Shown one piece after another: positions 1 through 7,826 of a DNA stretch of 64,000 nucleotides. A model generated the notes under the pieces. It was not told the DNA's origin, made no database searches, and saw only the letters and a list, made by a program, of their open reading frames with translations. Source of the DNA: Deltaproteobacteria bacterium (GTDB lineage Bacteria > Desulfobacterota > Binatia > Binatales > Binataceae); assembly GCA_021794015.1 (NCBI GenBank), contig JAJYRQ010000003.1, positions 54,900 to 118,899 of the forward strand, given 5' to 3'. Positions within the stretch are counted from its first letter, which is position 1. Every line of letters begins with the position of its first letter. A program made the position numbers and the translations under genes.

Positions 1-681
1 CTGTTCCCAAAGCGGCGACTCCTCAAGCCAGCGAAAGAGGAAAAGGCCGACCAGCGAACTGAGAATCCCCGAGAAAAACATGAAGCGCCATCCCCAGACC
101 GCAAAACGCGGCCCCACGAAAACCGCCGATACCGCGTAGTACACAATCGAAGCGAGAAGCCCGCCAATCCCCGCGCCGCCCGAACCCGTAAGTCCCGACA
201 CCAGCCCCCGCCAGCGCGGCGCGACCGTCTCGGTCCCGATGGTGTGGGTCGAGGCGACCACCCCCCCGACGAACAGCCCCTGGATAAGCCTGAGCAGCAA
301 AAACAGCACCGGCGCCAGCAGCCCGGCCTGCGCAATCGTAGGCACCGCCCCCATCAGCGCGGTCGCCACGCCGACCCCGACTACCGCCGCGAAGAGCGCA
401 CGTTTGCGCCCCTGCCGGTCGGCGTAGGCGCCGAAAACGGCCGACCCCAGCGGACGCATCAGCAGCGTCACCGCGAAGGCGCCGTAAACCCCGGCCAGCG
501 ACAGCGTCGGCACGCTGGAAGGAAAAAACAGCGGACCGATGGTCGGCGCCAGGTAAAGAATGATGAACAGATCGAAAAGGTCCAGCGACCAGCCGAACAA
601 AGACGCAGCCAGCGCCGACGCTACCTGCCCGCGCGTTACTGCCACCGGCCCTGCCAGGGCCTGCTCCGCTTCTCCCTGCAT
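1..681 (-). CDS. MFS-type transporter, N-terminal part (gene continues beyond window start)
   Basis: Own reverse-strand translation from ATG at 679-681: MQGEAEQ...LFGWSLDLFDLFIILYLAPTIG...GAYADRQGRKRAL...RLIQGLFVGG. Hydrophobic helices plus an MFS-like D-R-x-G-R-K loop. Absent from the ORF track because it runs off the edge. Confidence 0.75.
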   Translation of the reverse strand, partial: MQGEAEQALAGPVAVTRGQVASALAASLFGWSLDLFDLFIILYLAPTIGPLFFPSSVPTLSLAGVYGAFAVTLLMRPLGSAVFGAYADRQGRKRALFAAVVGVGVATALMGAVPTIAQAGLLAPVLFLLLRLIQGLFVGGVVASTHTIGTETVAPRWRGLVSGLTGSGGAGIGGLLASIVYYAVSAVFVGPRFAVWGWRFMFFSGILSSLVGLFLFRWLEESPLWEQ

Positions 682-954
682 AAGCTCCTCCCGCGCAAAA
701 GCAAACTTTGCCGATGACTTCGCTCCCCCTGATGTGCCCCTATGACTCAATGACCATGCGCTGCCGGCCGCCCCCGCCTTTCCCCGCCGGCGCTGACGCG
801 CCGAAGGAGGGGTTGGTCGCCGTGCCGGGCCGGCGGCTGCGCAACGAGCCGTCGCCTCGCACCCGGCGCCGCACCACTGTGCGCCAGCTCTAAAAGCAGA
901 CTCATGAACGCCTGGGCTAGTCGGCCGTCCCGCAAATAACTTTAAGAAGTCCAG

Positions 955-1101
955 CCGTCATCCTGAGCGCCAGCGAAGGATCGCGCCCGGTCTTCCGGGC
1001 GAACTGGCTGGGCGCGAGGCTCTCACGCGTGGGGGGCCGCGCGAGACCCTTTACTTCCAATACGGTCGCTTCACTCCAGCAGCCTCCGTTCAGGATGACG
1101 G
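955..1101. repeat. MITE/REP-like element bounded by 15-nt terminal inverted repeats
   Basis: ccgtcatcctgagcg (955-969) versus cgttcaggatgacgg (1087-1101) is 14/15 complementary. A related half-site, gtcaccctgaacgaagcgaagggtc, lies at 1201-1225. Confidence 0.55.
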
Positions 1102-1422
1102 ATTATTGACCGGCCTTGAGCATTTCGTAACTCATTTGGGGGCCACAACACTAGCTCCGCCAGGTTAGTTTACCCCGCCACGCTGAACTCCCTCCTTCCT
1201 GTCACCCTGAACGAAGCGAAGGGTCTACGCGAAGCGATTTGCATGCCAGCACCGCGGCGAACCCGCCTGCCGGCGCCTGCCTGCGCCGCGCTCAGCACGG
1301 CGGGCAGGCCAACTCGGCAGGCAGGCCGCTGCGGGAGGCAGATCGCTGCGCGCAGATTCTTGGCCCCGCAGACTTCGCTCACAATGACATCCGGGTGCTA
1401 CCGTCATTTTACGAGACCGCTT

Positions 1423-2526
1423 CTAGCGGCTCGGCCGCTCCCCCGGCGTAGCGCCTGCACCCGCGTAGGCCCGGTCCGCCTGGGGTGCGGCGACCTCGCC
1501 CGAGGCGTCGGCCCAATCGGTCGCCGCGCCGGCACCCTGGCCCGGGCGCGCGCCGTCTATGAAATCGATCGGCCGGTTGGCCGTGCGATTTACCGTAAGG
1601 CGGAAGACGTCGAAACGGTTGTAGCCGCCCACGACGTCGTGGATTTGCTTGGGCTCGACGCAAGCCTCGAGGTTGATTTCCGCGTAGAGCATCCCCTCGC
1701 TCTCGCAGAGCGGATCGCCCACCAGCTTGCCGCTCGGGTCGGTGACCATCGAGACGCCGCGCGGGCTCTCGTCCAGAATCCGCCCCGCCTCCGTCCCGCA
1801 AACCAACAGTGCCTCGCGGCAAGCCTTGTCGAGGAAGCCCGCCGCCACCACGGTGAAGCATTTGGCCTCGAAGGAATGCGCCGCCGCTCGGATGCGGATC
1901 GCGTCGCGCAGGTCGTAGTTGCCGCCCTGGCGGGGATCGCGCGTCGGCCATACCGGCGGGTAGCTGGCGATATGCAACTGCTCGCCCTGGGCCATCAGCG
2001 CGTAGCGCGCCAGCGGATTGGTGTTCTCGCCGCAAATGAGCATCCCGATCCGCCCAAGGCGGGTTTCGCTCACCCGCAAGCCGGCGCCGTCGCCGTTCGC
2101 CCAGGTGAGTTTCTCGTAGAACGTCGGCACCAGCTTGCGGTGATGGTTCAGGATCGCGCCGTCGTCGGCGACGAGCACGTTGGAATTCCAAAGACATCCG
2201 ACACTGGCCGGCGTGCCCTCGTTGATGCCGAGCGAAACGAAGACCCCTAGCCGGCGCGCTTGTCGCGCCACGCGCTCAAGTTCCGCTCCGGGCACGCAGA
2301 GCGCGCCCTGGGCAAGCCGGACAAAAAAGTCGTGGTTATAAATCGGCGCATTAAGCGCCGACCAGAGCGGAAAAGCGGGTACGTAAGTCTCCGGAAAGAC
2401 AACCAGTTGCGCCCCGTGACGCGCGGCCTCCTCGATGATCGAGCAGGCTTTCGCAACGGTGGCCGGCGTGTCGAGAAAGACCGGACTTGCGTGCGCAGCC
2501 GCAACTGTGAATTTCGCATAGGCCAT
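1423..2526 (-). CDS. Nitrilase / carbon-nitrogen hydrolase family protein
   Basis: 367-aa ORF with VVFPETYVP (Glu), HHRKLVPT (Lys) and MLICGENTNP (Cys), matching the C-N hydrolase triad context. Confidence 0.85.
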   Translation of the reverse strand: MAYAKFTVAAAHASPVFLDTPATVAKACSIIEEAARHGAQLVVFPETYVPAFPLWSALNAPIYNHDFFVRLAQGALCVPGAELERVARQARRLGVFVSLGINEGTPASVGCLWNSNVLVADDGAILNHHRKLVPTFYEKLTWANGDGAGLRVSETRLGRIGMLICGENTNPLARYALMAQGEQLHIASYPPVWPTRDPRQGGNYDLRDAIRIRAAAHSFEAKCFTVVAAGFLDKACREALLVCGTEAGRILDESPRGVSMVTDPSGKLVGDPLCESEGMLYAEINLEACVEPKQIHDVVGGYNRFDVFRLTVNRTANRPIDFIDGARPGQGAGAATDWADASGEVAAPQADRAYAGAGATPGERPSR

Positions 2527-2815
2527 CGCCGTTTCCTCTCCGCTCAGCTCGCCGTGGCCCCGACCGCGAGCGCGGGCGGCGAGCCGCCGCCGGCCGCGTT
2601 AGCGGGCGGAGCTGTCTCAATGCTGCGCCGCTATCATAGGCGTTTCGTGCCGCAGCCGCCACTTCCCGGCGCTGGCGGCTGGCGCTCTCAGCCGACAAGG
2701 CGCTAAAATCGTTTCGCGCCAGGCGCGGCAGGCGCCTGGGCGCGGCAAGCGGGCCCGGGACTCGCCGCCTTCGCCAAAACGCAAAGCCCCCGACGCGGGC
2801 CCGAGGAGCAGTCCC

Positions 2816-4315
2816 ATGTCCAGGCAGCTTAAGCATTTTATCGGCGGCCGCTGGCTTGCAGGCACCAGTCGCCGCTTCGGTGACATTTTCAATCCCGCAA
2901 CCGGGGAGGTGAGCGCCCAGGTACCCTTCGCCTCGGCCGAGGAGGTGGGCCAGGCGGTGGCGGTTGCAAGCCAGGCCTTTCCCGCCTGGGCGGCTGAGCC
3001 GGTGCTGCGTCGCTCCCGCCTCATGATGCGGTTTCTGCAGCTACTTGAGCGGGGGACGCCCCGGCTGGCCGAAATCATAACCGCCGAGCACGGCAAGACG
3101 CTCGCCGACGCCGAAGGCGAGGTGCAACGCGGCATGGAGGTGGTCGAGTTCGCCTGCGGCATCCCGGCCCTCTTGAAGGGCGAGTTCAGCGAAAACGTCT
3201 CTCACGCGGTTGACAGCTACTCGCTGCGCCAGCCGCTGGGGGTCGTTGCCGGCATCACGCCCTTCAATTTCCCCGCGATGGTGCCGATGTGGATGTTCCC
3301 GATAGCGCTGGTTTGCGGCAACACCTTCGTCCTCAAGCCCTCGGAAAAAGACCCTTCGGCGGCCGGCTTGCTGGCTGAGCTGCTCAAGGAGGCCGGGATT
3401 CCCGACGGCGTCTTCAACGTCGTCCACGGAGACCGCGAGGCCGTCGAGGCGCTGGTCGCCCATCCGGCGGTCGATGCGATAAGCTCGGTCGGCTCAACTG
3501 CGGTGGCCGAGCAGATTTATCGCGGCGCCAGCGCTTGCGGCAAACGGGTGCAAGCGCTCGGCGGCGCAAAAAACCACATGGTTGTGATGCCCGACGCCGA
3601 CCCTGCCCAGGCCGTGTCAGCGCTGATGGGTGCGGCCTTCGGCTCAGCCGGCGAGCGCTGCATGGCGGTCTCCGTTGCCGTTGCCGTGGGCGAGCTGACA
3701 GCAGACGCCTTGGTGCAGGCGCTTGCAGAAGCAATGCGCAAACTCAAGGTGGGGCCGGGGGACCAGCCGGGGGTCGAGATGGGGCCCCTGGTAACCCGCC
3801 AGCACTACGAGCGCGTCTGCAACTACATCGAGCTCGGCCAAAGCGAAGGCGCCAAGCTGGTCGTTGACGGCCGGACCATTGGCGTGAAAGGCCATCGCAA
3901 CGGGTTTTTCCTCGGCGCCACCCTGTTTGACCGGGTGACGCCCGAGATGCAGATTTACCGCGACGAGATTTTCGGTCCCGTGCTCAGCGTGGTGCGAGTT
4001 GCCGATTACCGGCAAGCGGTGGAAATCATAAACCGCAACGAGTATGCCAACGGCACGGCGATTTTTACCTGCGACGGAGGCGTAGCGCGCGACTTCGTAT
4101 CGGCGATCAAGGTCGGCATGGTGGGCGTGAACGTTCCGATTCCGGTGCCGATGGCGTTTTATAGTTTCGGCGGCTGGAAACGCTCGCTGTTCGGCGATAC
4201 GCATATCTACGGACCCGAGGGGCTGCGTTTTTACACCCGGCTCAAGACCGTAACCGAGCGCTGGCCGGCCTCGCAGGCCAAGGGCCCTGACTTCCGCTTC
4301 CCCTCCAACGGCTAG
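2816..4315 (+). CDS. mmsA: Methylmalonate-semialdehyde dehydrogenase (CoA-acylating), aldehyde dehydrogenase family
   Basis: 499-aa ORF. N-terminus is HFIGGRW...[12 protein letters not shown] motifs are present ([27 protein letters not shown] catalytic Cys region). The C-terminal [12 protein letters not shown] is typical of MmsA. Confidence 0.88.
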   Translation: MSRQLKHFIGGRWLAGTSRRFGDIFNPATGEVSAQVPFASAEEVGQAVAVASQAFPAWAAEPVLRRSRLMMRFLQLLERGTPRLAEIITAEHGKTLADAEGEVQRGMEVVEFACGIPALLKGEFSENVSHAVDSYSLRQPLGVVAGITPFNFPAMVPMWMFPIALVCGNTFVLKPSEKDPSAAGLLAELLKEAGIPDGVFNVVHGDREAVEALVAHPAVDAISSVGSTAVAEQIYRGASACGKRVQALGGAKNHMVVMPDADPAQAVSALMGAAFGSAGERCMAVSVAVAVGELTADALVQALAEAMRKLKVGPGDQPGVEMGPLVTRQHYERVCNYIELGQSEGAKLVVDGRTIGVKGHRNGFFLGATLFDRVTPEMQIYRDEIFGPVLSVVRVADYRQAVEIINRNEYANGTAIFTCDGGVARDFVSAIKVGMVGVNVPIPVPMAFYSFGGWKRSLFGDTHIYGPEGLRFYTRLKTVTERWPASQAKGPDFRFPSNG

Positions 4316-4327
4316 CGGGCGGGCCGG

Positions 4328-5250
4328 CTAGGCGGGCCGGACGACGACCTGAAAGCCCGCCATCATGCCGCCGTCTACCGTCAGCGCCGACCCGGTCACG
4401 AAAGCGGCTGCGTCCGAGAGCAGGTAGACCACCGCCCCGCCGACCTCCCCGCTGATATCGGTCAAGGGCATGAGCGCGCCAGCCACGCCGGCCTTATTGA
4501 CCGCACAGTCCAGAAGCAGTCTCAGAAATGGAGCATGGCTGGCGCAAGAAATCAGGGCCGCGCACGAATTGGCACGAGCCACTGCAGCTCGGCAGAGAAA
4601 CGGTCGCTCCCCTGGCCTGCCCGCGGCAGGCCGCCCTCTCCCCGCGGGGAGAGGTAAAAAAGAAGGTGCCTGCCGGCGCCGAGGCGACGGGCGTCGGGAT
4701 TCCCTGCACGCCGTCGGCGCGCGGGAATGACAGAGAAAAGGCGCCGCGCGGGGCGACCACGGAAGGCGGCGCAGGCTCTCGGTTGTCACCCCCGCGCGCG
4801 GCCATTGCATGGCAGCGGGGATGGAGACGGCCTTCGCCGTGGCATTGCGCTCCCGTTGGTCGGGCAAGCTGCCGTGCGGCGAGCACCGCGCGCGGGGGGT
4901 CCCGAGGCCGCGCGCAGCGCGCGAGAGAGCTCGCGCCGAAGGCGCCAGTGAGCGTCCCCCCTTAAATCCCGAGCAAACGCTTATGAGACTGCTTGTAGCC
5001 TTCCCCAGCGCGCAACGGCCGCCTCGACCAGTGCCTGGACCTGCACTGCAGCGGTCACGTCGCACGCGCAGGGGCAGGCTTCGCCGCCGGCTTGTTCGAT
5101 AAGCCGCGCCGTTTGCCGCGCACCCTCGGCGTCAATGTCGGCGGCCACGAGCCTTGCTCCCGAAGCGGCCGTCAGCAGCGCCGCGGCGCGGCCGATACCA
5201 CTGGCCGCGCCGGTGACCGGCGCTGTCTTGCTGCGAAGAGAGATTTCCAT
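4328..5250 (-). pseudogene. Short-chain dehydrogenase/reductase remnant, catalytic middle replaced by repeats
   Basis: An N-terminal fragment lies at 4981-5250 (METISLRSKTAPVTGAASGIGRAA...VEAAVARWGRL). A C-terminal fragment lies at 4328-4510 (...GGAVVYLLSDAAAFVTGSALTVDGGMMAG). The NNAG/Ser/YxxxK core is missing, and the 923-nt span is not a multiple of 3. Confidence 0.7.
4511..4980. repeat. Composite REP/MITE-like repeat cluster
   Basis: Contains the hairpin cctctccccgcggggagagg (4635-4654), gcgcgggaatgacagag (4719-4735) and gttgtcacccccgcgcgcg (4782-4800). 4801-4904 is a near-identical inverted copy of 53344-53446 and 59843-59979. Confidence 0.8.
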
Positions 5251-5312
5251 TGTCTCTGCCTCTCGCCCTGCGCGACCCCGCTTGCGGCAGATCGCGCGCC
5301 TCGCGCCCCGGC

Positions 5313-6158
5313 TTAGGCAAGCCCTGAGCGGTAAGTGGGATAGAGCGGGGCCCAGCCAAGCTCGCGCCGGGCGCGTGCGTTGCTTGCGCGGCACGACGGC
5401 AACACCTCGGCGCTCGCTGCCGACGGTGCAGGCGCGCCCTCGAGCGCGCAGAGGTAATCGAAAAGCACCCGGTAGCGGACCGGTTCGTCGTCGGTTATCA
5501 GAAGCGTCCCTTCGCCCAATTGGGCCTCGAGCGCAGCGACCACGGCGCGCGCCATGTCCGCCACGCGGATAAGAGAGACATACTGCTCGGCGTTGGCCGG
5601 ATATGCCAGCGCTCCGGCGCGCGCCTGGCGGCGCAGGCGCTCGTCCCAGCCGCTTGCGTCGCCGTAGAAAATGCCGCCGCGCAGGATGCACCAGTCAAGC
5701 CCTGAGCGGCCGACCGTCGCTTCCATGTCGGCGGCAGATTGCGTGACTCGGCTGGGGCGCAGCGGCGTCGTCTCGTCAACCCAGCTCTCTCCGTAGCCTG
5801 CGGCGAGATGCGCGATACTTTGCTGGAGGTAGCGCCGAACGCCCAGGCGGCGCGCCTCGCGCACCAAGTTGGCGGTCCCGTCGCGCCGCACCTGGTCGTT
5901 GAGCTCCCAGTTGCGCGCCGGGCCGGGCGGCGGGATGGCCGTGGCCAGGTGCGCAACGGCATCGCAACCCTCGATAACCGGCCCGATCGTCTCGGGGCGC
6001 AAAATGTCGGCCAGCCGCGGCTGAGCGCCGATTCGCCCAAGCTTTGCCGCGGCCTCGGGGCTGCGCGCCACGGCAACCACCTCATGCCGGCATTCGACGA
6101 GCCGCGGGACGACCTGTCTGCCGAGAACGCCGGTTGCGCCGAATACCGCTACGCGCAT
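5313..6158 (-). CDS. NAD(P)-dependent epimerase/dehydratase (atypical SDR, NmrA-like) family protein
   Basis: 281-aa ORF starting MRVAVFGATGVLGRQVVPRL (GxxGxxG Rossmann motif). Confidence 0.75.
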   Translation of the reverse strand: MRVAVFGATGVLGRQVVPRLVECRHEVVAVARSPEAAAKLGRIGAQPRLADILRPETIGPVIEGCDAVAHLATAIPPPGPARNWELNDQVRRDGTANLVREARRLGVRRYLQQSIAHLAAGYGESWVDETTPLRPSRVTQSAADMEATVGRSGLDWCILRGGIFYGDASGWDERLRRQARAGALAYPANAEQYVSLIRVADMARAVVAALEAQLGEGTLLITDDEPVRYRVLFDYLCALEGAPAPSAASAEVLPSCRASNARARRELGWAPLYPTYRSGLA

Positions 6159-6266
6159 CGCCGACCCGCGCTGCGGCCCAGCGTGCCGGGCCGCATCATT
6201 ATGCGGACCTCGCCAGAGCCTGGCCGCCTGGTTTCCCTTTCATGGACCGACGTAGTGCCCTCTGCG

Positions 6267-6806
6267 TCACAGGAGCGGCGCGCGATAAAGCAAGTGTGCG
6301 ACTCCAAGTTCACGCTCGAAGCGCAGCACACTGGCTCGGTCGCACTTGCTCAGTAGCTCACTCACATCGTTGGCTGAACGGAGATTCTGGAATGCTCGCT
6401 TTGGCGCCAGATAGACGACAACCGATTTTCCCCGGCGGATCATGTAGATCACATTGTTCAACGTACCCTTGCTCTCCCCGTCCCATAGCATGAGCCCGTA
6501 TCCAGCGTCGTCAACCATCGCCAGATCTTTCGTCGCGTAGTATGCGAAACCGCGCGCTGCTGTCGGCCCCGCGACCTCGCGGACCGGCCAGCCGGCGATG
6601 TTGTTTCGGCAGTTGCCGGCCATGCAGTGGACGACGGCGTTGCGGTAGGCCTTCTCGGCCAGGTAACGCTGGACGGCCTTGTCGACGCCATTTGCATCGC
6701 CGATAAGGATCGTAAAGTTCTTCTCAATCATCGTGTCGAGCCGACGCTTCACGTCCGCGTTCAAGCGCGACAGGCGTCGAGACCCGGCGACGAAGACCTT
6801 TGTCAT
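6267..6806 (-). CDS. SLOG-superfamily (DUF2493/YspA-like, DprA/LOG fold) small protein
   Basis: 179-aa ORF with VFVAGSRR (res 4-11), ILIGDANGVD (res 33-42) and LWDGESKGTLNN (res 107-118). This resembles the GSR / G-x-x-G-x-D / G-x-GT pattern of SLOG Rossmannoid proteins. Assignment is from memory of the family. Confidence 0.55.
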   Translation of the reverse strand: MTKVFVAGSRRLSRLNADVKRRLDTMIEKNFTILIGDANGVDKAVQRYLAEKAYRNAVVHCMAGNCRNNIAGWPVREVAGPTAARGFAYYATKDLAMVDDAGYGLMLWDGESKGTLNNVIYMIRRGKSVVVYLAPKRAFQNLRSANDVSELLSKCDRASVLRFERELGVAHLLYRAPLL

Positions 6807-7182
6807 CGCGTGTCTGTGTTTTCGTCATGGCGAGCATGTAGACCGCCGCCGCGCCACGACCGAGGAGGTCCTGCGCCACTACTGTTGCCGTAGCGCCCGA
6901 ACGACATAGATCGTCGATGAGCAGGATGCGCTTGCCACCGACAGCGTCGCGGTCGATCTTGAAGGCACCTTGGAGGAGCCTGCTCCGCTGCTGATAGTCG
7001 AAGATGTTCTTCAACTCCGGTGTGTCCTTGATCTTCTTTGCGGTTCTCAGGTTCACCGGCTTCGACAGCCGTGTTCCGATGGCCTTCGCGATCTCGACGA
7101 CGGGCTGATAAGCCAGGCGCCTTCGCGACGCAGGCACCGGGACGATGCGGTGCGGCTGCGGCCTCAGGCAAGGCTCAGCCAT
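6724..7182 (-). CDS. ComF-like phosphoribosyltransferase-domain protein (short form)
   Basis: 152-aa ORF with the PRPP-binding loop KRILLIDDLCRSGATATV. It lacks the N-terminal Zn-finger region of full-length ComF. Its 3' end overlaps the SLOG gene by 83 nt in another frame. Confidence 0.65.
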   Translation of the reverse strand: MAEPCLRPQPHRIVPVPASRRRLAYQPVVEIAKAIGTRLSKPVNLRTAKKIKDTPELKNIFDYQQRSRLLQGAFKIDRDAVGGKRILLIDDLCRSGATATVVAQDLLGRGAAAVYMLAMTKTQTRDDKGLRRRVSTPVALERGREASARHDD

Positions 7183-7712
7183 TCGCGCAGAGCCGAGCGC
7201 GTGGTGGCAAATGCTGTCTCATCCCAGGGAATCTCCTCGGGCGCGAAGAAGCGCGCCTCCAGGGCCTCTGCCGACAGGACCGGGCTTGCGCCGTCGACGC
7301 TTGCCAAGTAGGCAATAACCACGACCGCCGCAGCCTCGGGGTCCGCGTAGACGCCGAGCAGGCGTTCGATGTGAGCCTCGAGGCCAACCTCCTCGCGCGT
7401 TTCGCGCAGCGCGGCTTCCTGGGGAAGCTCGCCGAGATTCACGTAGCCGCCGGGGAAGGTCCATCGCCCGCGCTGCGGCTCAATTGCGCGGCGCAAAAGG
7501 AGCAGCCGGCCCTCGCTGACCGGCAGACATCCGGCAACCAGCTTCGGCCCGCGGAAATCGACGTACCCGCATGCGGAGCAAACGTTGAAGCGTTGGTTCT
7601 CGGAAAGCACCCGGCGAAGCCGCATCGCGCCGGCGCACAGCGGGCAAAAACGCGCCTGCGAAGGATAGCGCCGCTGGACGGCGTGGTCGACCGCTACAGG
7701 ATCATCGTTCAC
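7164..7712 (-). CDS. NUDIX hydrolase with N-terminal zinc ribbon
   Basis: 182-aa ORF with CPLCAGAM...x15...CSACGY (a 4-Cys ribbon). A canonical NUDIX box follows, GGYVNLGELPQEAALRETREEVGL (GX5EX7REUXEEXGU). Confidence 0.85.
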   Translation of the reverse strand: MNDDPVAVDHAVQRRYPSQARFCPLCAGAMRLRRVLSENQRFNVCSACGYVDFRGPKLVAGCLPVSEGRLLLLRRAIEPQRGRWTFPGGYVNLGELPQEAALRETREEVGLEAHIERLLGVYADPEAAAVVVIAYLASVDGASPVLSAEALEARFFAPEEIPWDETAFATTRSALREWLSLA

Positions 7713-7826
7713 CGTTGCTCCCGCCTGGCCCGAACTCTCTGCCGCCGCTCGCCGGCGGCGTTCACGCGCAGCGGCCTGTTGCGTGCGGCGCTGAGCGCTG
7801 CCGGGCCATGCCCGGCCACAGCTATT

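Noticed and set aside
1243-2250. 335-aa plus-strand ORF, plus the similar antisense ORFs 25135..26313 and 26336..27454
   Set aside because: They are antisense to the nitrilase, to the PaaK-like ligase and livF, and to the substrate-binding protein genes respectively, all of which have clear motifs. High GC suppresses stop codons on the opposite strand.
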